Shown here piece by piece: positions 27,099 to 36,531 of a stretch of DNA of 64,000 nt. Made by a program: the position numbers and the translations under genes. The stretch is from Spirochaetia bacterium (GTDB taxonomy: Bacteria > Spirochaetota > Spirochaetia > SZUA-6 > Bin103): the NCBI GenBank assembly GCA_965198005.1, contig CBDAOI010000004.1, positions 2,126,763 through 2,190,762 on the forward strand, read 5' to 3'. Within the stretch, counting starts at the first letter, position 1, and each line of letters starts with the position of its first letter. The notes under the pieces are model-generated. The model did no database searches, was not told where the DNA came from, and saw only the letters and a list, made by a program, of their open reading frames with translations.

Positions 27099-28696
27099 TG
27101 TCCATGGCGCTACGCGTGCGACTTGCCGCACTGCTGTTGGCCGGCACGGCACTCACCGCGGCCGCGCACGACAGCGGCGACTCGACGCTGACCACCGTGC
27201 AGCGGATCGACCGCATTGCGGAGGCCGCAGTGCAACTGGTGGCCGCCGCCGCCCCGGACGCCCCGGACGCAACCGTCCGCCTGCTGCCGTTTCTCACCGA
27301 CGCCGGTGAGCGCACGCGGTTCGGACACCGGCTCCGGAGCGTGGTGTATCTGCGGCTGCTGCGTCACTACCGGGAGACCTCGGTCACGGCCGCCGCCGCA
27401 ACGCCGGTAGCCGAGTCCACCGCCGCGGACGCGGCTGCCGCCTCGTCGGCAGCCGCCTTCGACCTGGAGATCGAGATCCAGCCGTTTCGGGCAGTGGTGC
27501 GCTTGCTGGTCAAGGTGATGCACGCGGGTGGTCTCCACAGCGGCGACTGGGTCGACCTGGACTACAGCCCCGAGCTGCGCGACCTGCTGGGCGATGCCGC
27601 GGCTGCCGCCGACCGGTCACCCGTCCCGGCAACCACGCGACCGGATCCGCTTCCCGGTTCGAACGGCGAGGACCCGTTCGAACCGGATGACGTCGCCGGA
27701 GCGGAGGTGGTAATCGACCCGGCCGCCGCGACCGCGTTTACGCGTTTCCTGACTCCGGGCGACCGCGACCGGTTCTCGTTCTATCTGGGTCAGCCGGCTA
27801 CGGTCGTGCTGGAGACGACCACCGAGCTCGATAGCCAGCTTCTGCTCTACGCAGACCGCGACAGCGTCCCGTTTTCGGTCAACGGCGACCGCACCGGTGG
27901 CGGCGGCTCGCGGCTGAGACAGGAGCTGGAGGCCGGCTGGTACGTAGCCGAGGTGGTCGGGTTCACCGATCAGGTCTCGGGCCCGTATCGGTTCCTGCTT
28001 ACCGTGGATCGCGGCGACCGGGACCGACCGGAGGCGCCGCCCGCCGACCCGCCCGGTCCCGATCCCGCGCCGCGCGCACCGCCCGCCACCATCACCGCCG
28101 GCGACACCCAGGAGCGGCACACCACCGCGGGCGAGGACTGGGTCGAGCTGCGGGTGCGGGAGCCCGGCTTCTACCTGCTGGAAGCGCGCTCGTACGGAGC
28201 ACCCGTGGATCTTTCTCTGCACAGTGACCTCGGTCAGCCGGAACTGGTTGCCGCGGCCACCGGGTTCTCAACCCGGATCCGCTCCGTCGCTCTGTTCGTG
28301 GGGCTGAGCACGATCTACGCCCGGACGGCGACCGGCACCGGAGAGGCGATCTACAGCCTCACGCTGAGCCGTGTCGACCCGCCGCGCAGATTTACCGACG
28401 GTGCTCCGCTCTCGGCGGAGCTGGAAGGCGGCGTAGCGTTCCATACCCTCCGCGTGTTTCGTCCCGGCAGCTACGCGCTCACGATCAACGGCAGTTCCGA
28501 CGCGGTCGCCGTCAGGGTGTTCGGCGTGCCCGACATGCACCCCCGACCGGAGCGCGCGCACCCGTCGGGCGCCGGCGTGCGCGAGTATCAACTGACGTCC
28601 GGCGACTATCTGGTAGAGCTGACCGGCGCGCGGCCCGGCGCGCGCGCCCGCGTGTGCTGGGCACCAGCCGCCGCCGCGGCACAGTGCCGCGCCTGA
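27098..28696 (+). CDS. secreted protein with three pre-peptidase C-terminal (PPC)-like repeats
   Basis: Signal peptide MSMALRVRLAALLLAGTALTAAA. Three repeats of the form GD.DRF.F.L........T..D..L.LY.D......G.....L.AG.Y..EV.G. match the PPC-domain pattern. Confidence 0.45.
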   Translation: MSMALRVRLAALLLAGTALTAAAHDSGDSTLTTVQRIDRIAEAAVQLVAAAAPDAPDATVRLLPFLTDAGERTRFGHRLRSVVYLRLLRHYRETSVTAAAATPVAESTAADAAAASSAAAFDLEIEIQPFRAVVRLLVKVMHAGGLHSGDWVDLDYSPELRDLLGDAAAAADRSPVPATTRPDPLPGSNGEDPFEPDDVAGAEVVIDPAAATAFTRFLTPGDRDRFSFYLGQPATVVLETTTELDSQLLLYADRDSVPFSVNGDRTGGGGSRLRQELEAGWYVAEVVGFTDQVSGPYRFLLTVDRGDRDRPEAPPADPPGPDPAPRAPPATITAGDTQERHTTAGEDWVELRVREPGFYLLEARSYGAPVDLSLHSDLGQPELVAAATGFSTRIRSVALFVGLSTIYARTATGTGEAIYSLTLSRVDPPRRFTDGAPLSAELEGGVAFHTLRVFRPGSYALTINGSSDAVAVRVFGVPDMHPRPERAHPSGAGVREYQLTSGDYLVELTGARPGARARVCWAPAAAAAQCRA

Positions 28697-28812
28697 CCCG
28701 GTGCAACCGGTACAAAACCGGATGCTTGACAAGTGGCGCCGTTCGACGTCACATTAGAGTTCGGCGGGAGCCTGGGGAACGACCTCACGACTACCGCTAC
28801 GGGGAGCGCTGG

Positions 28813-29130
28813 TTGAGATCTTATGAAGCCACGTTCGTGTTCCGCACGAACGAAGATGCGGTGGAACGCGGCAAACAGAGCGTCCGCAGCATTCTGCACA
28901 ACGTCGCCGCACGCACCGTGCGCGAGAACGACGTCGGGGAGCGTCAACTGGCGTACGTGATAGACCGGCAGGAGCGCGGCTTCTACACCTTCTATGAAAT
29001 CGAGAGCGCTCCCGAAAAGATCCGGGCGGTGAGGCAGGCGGTCGGGCTGGTGCCGGAAGTGCTGAAGTGCTTTATCGTCCGCGCGGAACAGAGCACCGGC
29101 AAGCGCAAGCCGAGGGAGTCGGAGACGTAA
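28813..29130 (+). CDS. rpsF: 30S ribosomal protein S6
   Basis: TTG start 6 nt after GGGGAG. Starts YEATFVFR and continues with S6 family features. Gene order is rpsF-ssb-rpsR. Confidence 0.8.
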   Translation: MRSYEATFVFRTNEDAVERGKQSVRSILHNVAARTVRENDVGERQLAYVIDRQERGFYTFYEIESAPEKIRAVRQAVGLVPEVLKCFIVRAEQSTGKRKPRESET

Positions 29131-29131
29131 C

Positions 29132-29572
29132 ATGGCGGACATCAATCACGTGGTCCTGGTCGGGCGCCTCACGCGCGACGCCGAGTTGAAGTACACCAAC
29201 TCGGGTCAGGCGGTTACCAACATTTCCGTGGCGATCAATCAGCGTCGCAAACGGGACGACCAGTGGGTGGAGGAGGGACACTTCTTCGACTGTGTCGTGT
29301 GGGGCAAGACCGCCGAGTCGTTGAGTTCCTATCTGGTAAAGGGCAAGCAGGTCGGGATCGAAGGGCACCTGCGTCAGAACCGGTGGGAGCAGGAGGGACG
29401 CACGCGCAGCAAGGTCGAGATCTTTACCACCAACATACAGTTGCTCGGGAGCCGTTCCGACAGCAGCACGGGGGCCGCCCCGCGCACCGATCGCGACGAC
29501 CAGGTTCCAGCAGCGCCGCCCTCGGACGGAATTCCCGCGAACGACGAGTTCGCCGACGACATTCCCTTCTGA
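29132..29572 (+). CDS. ssb: single-stranded DNA-binding protein
   Basis: [18 protein letters not shown]-fold start and the acidic C-terminal tail DDIPF. Confidence 0.92.
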   Translation: MADINHVVLVGRLTRDAELKYTNSGQAVTNISVAINQRRKRDDQWVEEGHFFDCVVWGKTAESLSSYLVKGKQVGIEGHLRQNRWEQEGRTRSKVEIFTTNIQLLGSRSDSSTGAAPRTDRDDQVPAAPPSDGIPANDEFADDIPF

Positions 29573-29598
29573 ATACGATTTGTTGCAAGGATACTTTC

Positions 29599-30138
29599 AT
29601 GTCTGACACACCTTCCACGGCGGCTGCCGCGGCCGAGTCCGAAGCCGCGGCACCGGTTGCGCCGCCGGTCACCGAGGCCCCGCCTGTTGCCGGGGCCCAG
29701 CCTGCCGCCGAGGCCGCGCCTGCCGCGGGCGTGGCCGACGCTGCGAAAACGCCGGCCACGCCCTCCGAACCCCGGTCCGACAGCGCCGTCCAGGCCGCGC
29801 CGGAACGGGGTGCCGCGCCGTCACGGCCCCCCTACGGTGGCGCACCCATGCGCGACCGCCGCGAGGTCAACCTGGGCGATCGCCGCGACAGCCGCCCGCG
29901 GGGTCGCCCGGGACGGCCGTTCTACCGCAAGAAATACTGCAAGTTCTGCGCGCGCAGTACCGGACGTGCAGTGGTGATCGACTACAAGGACGTCGACACG
30001 ATCCGCCGCCTCATTACCGACCGCGGCAAGATTCTGCCCCGCCGGGTAACCGGCAACTGCGCCAAGTGCCAGCGCAAGCTATCGACCGCTATCAAACGCG
30101 CACGCGCCCTGGCGCTGCTTCCCTTCGCAGCGCAGTAG
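29599..30138 (+). CDS. rpsR: 30S ribosomal protein S18 with a ~95-aa Ala/Pro-rich N-terminal extension
   Basis: C-terminal core [10 protein letters not shown]...[55 protein letters not shown] Shine-Dalgarno before the ATG. Confidence 0.8.
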   Translation: MSDTPSTAAAAAESEAAAPVAPPVTEAPPVAGAQPAAEAAPAAGVADAAKTPATPSEPRSDSAVQAAPERGAAPSRPPYGGAPMRDRREVNLGDRRDSRPRGRPGRPFYRKKYCKFCARSTGRAVVIDYKDVDTIRRLITDRGKILPRRVTGNCAKCQRKLSTAIKRARALALLPFAAQ

Positions 30139-30169
30139 AGCGAGCAGTCCTGCTTGGAGAAACCGAGCG

Positions 30170-31177
30170 GTGGACGAGCGGGGCTTCCCCAACCGCGTCT
30201 GGATCGAGATCGGAGTAGTCGTAGCCGTTGCGCTGGGACTGCACGTGCTTACTCCCGGCCTGTCCTTGATCCCTCTTCAGATGCTCGTGGTGCGCCACGG
30301 CCGGCGGCCGTTCAGCTATGCGATGATCCTGCTGGTGCTGGCGGGCGCGCTGGTGGAACTGATGCTGCGCGGACAACCGGCGGCCGCGGATGACGCGTTG
30401 CTGCACGTGCGTTCCATCGGGTTGTTCCTCAACGTCGCATTGCTGGGCGGCCTGTGGCTGGTGAACGAGTTCCGGGTTCTGCCCTACCGCAATCTGTTGC
30501 GGATCCTGACCGCCACCGCGGTTGCGGGATTGCTCGCCGTACCGTTCTTCGGCAGGTTCGCCGACGACCCGGAATTCACGACCATGATGAGCCGCATACT
30601 GGCCGAGCACCCGTTGTTCGCGCAATCGAACCTGGAGCCCGGCGCGGGCGCGGAATTGGCCTCCGAGTCGATCGAGCAGCTCACCGCGCTGGCGGGCCGG
30701 ATGTTGCTGCGCATGGCCCTGCTGCTCTACATGCTGTACCTGATTGCCGGCTGGTGGCTGGGGTCGCTCTGGGGGGCACGCTCGCTGGGCATGCCGTCGC
30801 CGGTGGGACGCCTGCTTTCGTTCCGCGTCGAACCGTGGTTCATCTGGGCGGCGCTGGTGAGCGGCGCCGTCGTTCTCGCCGACCTCCTGCTGGGCGGAGC
30901 CGGTCCGCTGTCCTACGTCGGCTGGAACGTGCTGGCCATCTTCCTGTTTCTGTTCGGCCTGCAGGGCATCGGGGTGCTGCAATGGCTGTACCGGCGGTAC
31001 AACGTTCCGGCTCCGATGCGGGTGATGATCGGGGTCTCGCTGGCATTCATGGTGCTGAGCAACGTGTTCAGCCTGGTGCCGTTGCTCGGGCTGCCATTGC
31101 TGGGCATGTCCGAGACCTGGGTTGATTTCAAACGGCCGCGGCCCGGTGCCGGTGCCGCGGGCACTGGTCCGAACTGA
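30170..31177 (+). CDS. YybS-like integral membrane protein (DUF2232-type), hypothetical
   Basis: About 8 TM helices. Sits between rpsR and rplI, as Bacillus yybS does. Confidence 0.5.
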   Translation: MDERGFPNRVWIEIGVVVAVALGLHVLTPGLSLIPLQMLVVRHGRRPFSYAMILLVLAGALVELMLRGQPAAADDALLHVRSIGLFLNVALLGGLWLVNEFRVLPYRNLLRILTATAVAGLLAVPFFGRFADDPEFTTMMSRILAEHPLFAQSNLEPGAGAELASESIEQLTALAGRMLLRMALLLYMLYLIAGWWLGSLWGARSLGMPSPVGRLLSFRVEPWFIWAALVSGAVVLADLLLGGAGPLSYVGWNVLAIFLFLFGLQGIGVLQWLYRRYNVPAPMRVMIGVSLAFMVLSNVFSLVPLLGLPLLGMSETWVDFKRPRPGAGAAGTGPN

Positions 31178-31226
31178 GCGTCGGCGTTACAGTGAACGGG
31201 TCACACGGCGACCCGAGGAGGAAACG

Positions 31227-31679
31227 ATGAAGGTTATTCTACAGGCCGACGTCCCAGGAGTGGGCGAAGAGGGCGATATCTGCGACGTGGCGTCCGGTTA
31301 TGCCCGCAACTACCTGTTCCGGCAACAGGCTGCCGTGCCCTACTCCAGCCACGCCGTCACGCTGCTGGACCATCGCCGCGGGACGATCGAGCGCCGCAGG
31401 GAGGAGAAGCGGGCCGGGGCCGCCGGCCTGCGCGAACGGTTGGAGAACGAGGATCTGACCTTCCACATGACCGCCGGCACCAGCGGCAAGTTGTTCGGCT
31501 CGGTCACCAGCGTCGCGATTGCCGCCGAGCTGGAGAAACGGGGCTATTCGATCGACCGGAGACGGATCGAGGTGCCCGACCATTCGCTCAAGCTGGTCGG
31601 CGAGCACGAAGTGCGGGTGCGCCTCTACGAGAGTCAGGCCGCCACCTTGCGGGTGGTGATCGAACCCGACGCGCACTGA
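31227..31679 (+). CDS. rplI: 50S ribosomal protein L9
   Basis: MKVILQADVPGVGEEGDICDVASGYARNYLF. GAGGAGG Shine-Dalgarno. 150 aa. Confidence 0.9.
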   Translation: MKVILQADVPGVGEEGDICDVASGYARNYLFRQQAAVPYSSHAVTLLDHRRGTIERRREEKRAGAAGLRERLENEDLTFHMTAGTSGKLFGSVTSVAIAAELEKRGYSIDRRRIEVPDHSLKLVGEHEVRVRLYESQAATLRVVIEPDAH

Positions 31680-31689
31680 TGCCCGCCTG

Positions 31690-33051
31690 ATGGCCACGGC
31701 CGCACCGTCGGCGGCTGCCGGCCGCCGCGACCGGCAGCTTCGGGACGCCGTTCCGCCGCACAACCTCGACGCCGAGGTAGCCACCCTCGGCGCACTCCTG
31801 CTCGATTCGCAGGCGCTGGCCACCGTGTTGCGCTATCTCCGGGCCGACGACTTCTACCGGGCGAGCCATGGCAAGATCTACCAGGCGATCCTCGCACTGT
31901 TCGACCGCAACGAGGCGATCGACCTGATTACCCTCAGCGAAGAGCTGAACCGTGCGGGCGAACTTGAAGCCTGCGGCGGCAATGCCCGGATTCTGCAGCT
32001 CACCTCGGCGGTCCCTACCAGCGCCAACGTCGAGTACTACGCGCGCATCGTTCGGGCGTTGAGCATGCGCCGGGCGCTGCAGCGGATCTCGGCGGCGATC
32101 ATCGCCGATTCCCATGACGAGACGCTGGAAGTGCGCTACATCATCGAGGAAGCGGAACGGCGCATCTTCGATATAACCGATCGCCAGCACAGCGGCTCGT
32201 TCCGACCGGCGAAAGAGATCATCGCGCAGACGGTCGAGGCGATCGAACGCCTCTACCACGCCAGCGGCAGCTACACCGGCATCCCCAGCGGATTTCCGGA
32301 TCTCGACAGCCTCACCAGTGGCTTCCAGAACTCGGAGTTCATCATCATCGGGGCGCGCCCGTCGGTCGGCAAGACCGCGCTGGCGCTGACGATGGCCGCT
32401 CAGATTGCGGTTGAGCAGCAGCGTCCGGTCGGATTCTTCACCCTGGAAATGTCCGCCGTCGCCTTGATGCAGCGCCTGCTCGCCAGCGAAGCGCGCCTCG
32501 ACTCCAACCGGATCCGGTCGGGGCTCCTCAAGGCCTCCGACTTCCACAAGATCACCGAAGCGGCCGGCCGCATCTACGATGCCCCCTTGTACATCGAGGA
32601 CTCGCCCAACCTCAAGTTGCTCGATCTCCGCGCCCTGGCGCGGCGGATGAAGTCGAATCACGCGGTCGAGATCGTGTTCATCGACTATCTGACGCTGATC
32701 ACTTCCGAGCACCTCGAGCTGGCCCGCCACGAGCAGATCGCGGAAATCAGCCGTTCGCTCAAGGCCCTGGCGCGCGAGTTGGACCTGCCGGTGGTCGCGC
32801 TGTCTCAGGTGCGGCGCGAATCGGAAGGGAAACTGCCCAACTTGGCGGACCTGCGGGAGTCCGGATCGATCGAGCAGGATGCGGACGTGGTGATGTTCCT
32901 GCACCGTGAGCGCGGCACGGACGAGAATCTGAACGACGTGGAGACCGACCTGATCGTAGCCAAGCAACGGAACGGTCCGGTCGGCAAGGTCAACCTGGCG
33001 TTCATCCCCGAGTATACCAAGTTCGAATCGCTGTCGAATCGGACTCCGTGA
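31690..33051 (+). CDS. dnaB: replicative DNA helicase DnaB
   Basis: PPHNLDAEVATLGALLLD N-terminal motif, Walker A GARPSVGKTA, RecA-like core with a C-terminal arginine finger. Confidence 0.93.
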   Translation: MATAAPSAAAGRRDRQLRDAVPPHNLDAEVATLGALLLDSQALATVLRYLRADDFYRASHGKIYQAILALFDRNEAIDLITLSEELNRAGELEACGGNARILQLTSAVPTSANVEYYARIVRALSMRRALQRISAAIIADSHDETLEVRYIIEEAERRIFDITDRQHSGSFRPAKEIIAQTVEAIERLYHASGSYTGIPSGFPDLDSLTSGFQNSEFIIIGARPSVGKTALALTMAAQIAVEQQRPVGFFTLEMSAVALMQRLLASEARLDSNRIRSGLLKASDFHKITEAAGRIYDAPLYIEDSPNLKLLDLRALARRMKSNHAVEIVFIDYLTLITSEHLELARHEQIAEISRSLKALARELDLPVVALSQVRRESEGKLPNLADLRESGSIEQDADVVMFLHRERGTDENLNDVETDLIVAKQRNGPVGKVNLAFIPEYTKFESLSNRTP

Positions 33052-33061
33052 CGGCGCCGCC

Positions 33062-35146
33062 CTACTGCCCGTAGGGGGTGACGACGTAGCGGTCCGCGCC
33101 GCGCGATTGCGCCACCTCTCCGGGTGGCGAGACCGCCAGCCATTCGAGGTCCCGAAACAGGTAGAGGTTGAACAGCACGCTGCGCCGGGCCCGGTCCCAT
33201 ACGGTGAACGAGGCGTCGGCATTGACCGACACGAGCAGCGTATCGGTCACGGTGAGTTGCCGCGGCCGGTGGCCCGACTGCTCCAGGTCGAGGAGCGTGT
33301 TCCCGTCCCACGCCCGTACCGTGTCTTCGCCAAGCGAGGAGTAGACCTGCCGCCGATCCGGGGCCACGGCGAGAGCGGCGAACAGATCTTCTCCAGGGTA
33401 CGCGTCGATTACCCGTGAATGCGCGGCGTGGCGCCCGAAGTGCTGTTCCAGCACGGTCCGCCTACCCTCTTTCGCCACGCCCAGACTGACCAGCAGCCCG
33501 TTGTCGAGCAGGGCCAGGTCGTAGACCAGCAAGGAGGCCAGGGACAGAGGCAGTGTCTCTTCGGTGTCGGTGTCTACGTGCAGCAGCGGCGCCGCGAGAT
33601 TGGATGCGCTGCGCGCGGCGATAAGCCGATTCGCGCTGCCCACCACGGTGCGCGCTCCGGGCGCCCAGAACCGCTGCAGCGGCCGTACCGGCCGGCCGCG
33701 GTCGGCGGCGAGCACCGCGCGCAGCGAGTAGAGCCGGATGGTGCCCGCGCTGTCCAGCACCAGCAGGCGTTCGTCATCCATGACGCTCACCTGCCGCACC
33801 GGCGCCTCGAGCCCGGTCAGCCGGTAGCGAACCGCGCCGCTGCTCGGGTCGACCGTCGCCAGTGTGCCGGTCGCGCCCGCGCGCGGCCATATCAAAAAGG
33901 TCGCCCGGCGGGTGAACGGCGTCGTCCCGCCCGCCGCCGGCGGAATTGCGGTTACGCCCACCGGCGTCCCGAACGGATTGCGAATCACCTGCAGTCCGAG
34001 ACTGGCCGGCAGGCGGCTGTCCGACCGCGGACTCGACCTGAAACGCGCCAGTATCAGCCGATCGCCGGTTGCCGCAAGCACAACGTCGGGGCGCCCGGCA
34101 CGGCCCTCGACCGCCGCGAGTTGCACGCCCGTCAGCAATTCGTTCCGCAACACGCGCTCTGTGCCGCCGCGCGGGTACAGTTCGGCGATTCCCCCCTGAT
34201 CGGCGATGAACACCGACCGGTCCCCGTACGCGACCGCGGTCGCCGCTCCCTCCAAAGCGATCCCGCCGCTCACCCGGCGGCGCAGGCCCCGATCAATCTG
34301 CAGCCGGTCCGCCACGGTCTCGTCCCGGCTTCCGGTGCGCGCGGGGCGCAGCAGCGTGAGCTCCGAAATGCGCTCCGAAACGGCGAATCCGAGCGCATCG
34401 GGAACCGCGACCCGTCCCCGGACCCGGCCGGTAACGACGTCCACGACCACCAGATCGGGCCCGTCACGGGCAACCATGAAGGCCTTGTCGTGACTGATGG
34501 AAATCCGATCCAGCCCCGGCGGTGCCCCGACCTGCGCGCTCAACGCGCCGCTCCGAGCGTCCCGGTACTGAATCAGTCCGGTCGGCTTGTAGGTCATGAC
34601 GGTGCGCTCGTTGGTGGAGGTGGTCACGAACGACACGATACCGAATGGTTCCCAGGTGCGGCCTCGGACCTCCCCGGTCAACGGATCCAGGAACACGACG
34701 CTGTCGAACCTGGCCCGCGTGTACACCAGTGCCGTGCCGCGGCTGGTGAAGCCGAAGTGAAGCGGCTCCTCTTCCACCAGGCGGGCGAACAATCGCTGGC
34801 CCGTGCTCCAGTTCCACACGCCGATCGACCTGGCGCCGGACTGGGTCCCGCTGCCGGTGGTCACGACCGCGGCCAACAGCGGCCGCGCCGGATGCACGGC
34901 GATCCGGTCCACCGGGTTCATTCCCAGGCGCACCTGCCCGACAATGCTGCGCCGGGCGTGACTCCACACCCGCACCGAACCATCCTCGCCGGCGGAGAAC
35001 AACAATCGGCGGGCGGCGTCATACCGCAGTGCGGTCACCGCCCCGACGTGGCCGCTGTTGATCAGCACCGGCTGCGCCGTGGCGGCCGCGGCCGCGCTCG
35101 CCAGCAGCGCCGCGACGAGCACCGGAGCAAGGCGTTGGGGCATGAT
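33062..35146 (-). CDS. secreted beta-propeller (WD40/PQQ-like repeat) protein
   Basis: Signal peptide MPQRLAPVLVAALLASAAAAATA. Repeated motifs of about 40 aa include ...SGHVGAVTALRYD...FSAGEDGSVRVW. Start trimmed to 35146 to remove overlap with rseP. Confidence 0.55.
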   Translation of the reverse strand: MMPQRLAPVLVAALLASAAAAATAQPVLINSGHVGAVTALRYDAARRLLFSAGEDGSVRVWSHARRSIVGQVRLGMNPVDRIAVHPARPLLAAVVTTGSGTQSGARSIGVWNWSTGQRLFARLVEEEPLHFGFTSRGTALVYTRARFDSVVFLDPLTGEVRGRTWEPFGIVSFVTTSTNERTVMTYKPTGLIQYRDARSGALSAQVGAPPGLDRISISHDKAFMVARDGPDLVVVDVVTGRVRGRVAVPDALGFAVSERISELTLLRPARTGSRDETVADRLQIDRGLRRRVSGGIALEGAATAVAYGDRSVFIADQGGIAELYPRGGTERVLRNELLTGVQLAAVEGRAGRPDVVLAATGDRLILARFRSSPRSDSRLPASLGLQVIRNPFGTPVGVTAIPPAAGGTTPFTRRATFLIWPRAGATGTLATVDPSSGAVRYRLTGLEAPVRQVSVMDDERLLVLDSAGTIRLYSLRAVLAADRGRPVRPLQRFWAPGARTVVGSANRLIAARSASNLAAPLLHVDTDTEETLPLSLASLLVYDLALLDNGLLVSLGVAKEGRRTVLEQHFGRHAAHSRVIDAYPGEDLFAALAVAPDRRQVYSSLGEDTVRAWDGNTLLDLEQSGHRPRQLTVTDTLLVSVNADASFTVWDRARRSVLFNLYLFRDLEWLAVSPPGEVAQSRGADRYVVTPYGQ

Positions 35147-35160
35147 TCGCGCGGCCCCCG

Positions 35161-36525
35161 CTACCTGCCGACGAAGAACAGAATATCGCCGAAGGTCACG
35201 ACCAGGGCGAGGGTCAGCAACAACGAAAATCCCAGAACCTGAATCCGATACAGCAGCGCCGGCGGCAACTGTCGGCCACGGATCAGTTCGATCAAGTACA
35301 GCACGATATGGCCGCCGTCCAGCGCCGGCAAAGGCAGCAGGTTCATGACGCACAACACGATGCTGATCGCGCACAGCAAGCGGAAAAACTGCACCAGGCC
35401 GGTCCCGACGCCGCGCGCGAAGCCGTCCGAGGCGGCTCGACCCACGTCGTAGGTGATGCGGAGCGGCCCCGCCACGGTGGGAGCATCGCCGCCGCCGAAC
35501 AGCCGGGCCAGGGCATTCACGGTGGCGCCGATCAGGCGCCCGGTGTCCTGCCCCGCACGCGCGAGCGCCGCCGCCGGCGACAGCCGGGGAGTGCGCAGCC
35601 GCGGCACGACGAAGCCGAAGCCCGGGTCGCCCCCGGCCGGTGCCGGCTCCAGCGTCACGACCTGCCGTGCGCCGTCACGTTCGACCGCCACGGCCAGCGA
35701 CAACCCCTCCGCGCTCGGTCGGAAGTGCTCGAGGACGTCGATCGAGTGCCGGACCGGCGACCCGTTCACCGCCACGATCCGGTCACCGGTGCGCAACCCG
35801 TCCGCGGCCGCCGCACCTCCGAGGCGTACCTCGACCACCGGGTCGATCCACGGGTAGACCCAGATCCGTCCGGCGCCGGTCCGGGCGTCCAACTCCGGAG
35901 TGACGTCGGTCGCCAGCAGGGTACCGTCGCGCTCGACCATCAGCTTCAGGAGCCGTCCGGGAGCCGCTGCCACGCGCCGCCTGAGCTCCCGAAAGGTGAC
36001 GACTTCGTGGCCGTCGATGCTCACGATGCGGTCGCCGGAGCGCAGGCCGGCTGCAATTGCCGGAGTCTGCGCCGGCACCGCGTCCAACGTATGGTCGGCG
36101 GCCGACACGATCCTGGTACCGGGGCTGTCGATCCGGAACCCCGCCCACCAGATGACCGTCAGCACGAGCAGCGCGAACAGCAGATTGGCCAGCGGACCGG
36201 CGGCTATGATCAGAATTCGTTGCCACGCCGCGGCCGCGAAGAACGATCCCTGCTCGGGTCGATGCTCGCTATCGCCGAGCCGCCACTCGGAGCGCAGCGT
36301 GGCGTCGTTCTCGCCCTTCATCCGGCAATAGCCGCCGAGCGGGAACCATGAGATCTGGTAGCTGGTGCCGCGATAGTCGAAGCCGACCAGCCGCCGGCCC
36401 CACCCCAGCGAAAACACCTCGACCGTCACTCCGTTGGCCTTGGCGGCCAGAAAGTGCCCGCATTCGTGCACGAAAATCAGGATGCCGAGCCCGAGCGCTC
36501 CGAACAGAATGGTGGCCAACAACAC
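35161..36525 (-). CDS. rseP: RIP metalloprotease RseP (site-2 protease)
   Basis: HExxH site HECGHF, two PDZ domains, LDG motif in a C-terminal TM. Confidence 0.88.
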   Translation of the reverse strand: MLLATILFGALGLGILIFVHECGHFLAAKANGVTVEVFSLGWGRRLVGFDYRGTSYQISWFPLGGYCRMKGENDATLRSEWRLGDSEHRPEQGSFFAAAAWQRILIIAAGPLANLLFALLVLTVIWWAGFRIDSPGTRIVSAADHTLDAVPAQTPAIAAGLRSGDRIVSIDGHEVVTFRELRRRVAAAPGRLLKLMVERDGTLLATDVTPELDARTGAGRIWVYPWIDPVVEVRLGGAAAADGLRTGDRIVAVNGSPVRHSIDVLEHFRPSAEGLSLAVAVERDGARQVVTLEPAPAGGDPGFGFVVPRLRTPRLSPAAALARAGQDTGRLIGATVNALARLFGGGDAPTVAGPLRITYDVGRAASDGFARGVGTGLVQFFRLLCAISIVLCVMNLLPLPALDGGHIVLYLIELIRGRQLPPALLYRIQVLGFSLLLTLALVVTFGDILFFVGR

Positions 36526-36531
36526 TTCAGA

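Noticed and set aside
28726-28760. Promoter for the rpsF operon (TTGACA box)
   Set aside because: A perfect -35 TTGACA is present at 28726-28731, but no convincing -10 lies at 16-19 bp spacing. It is not reported as a feature.
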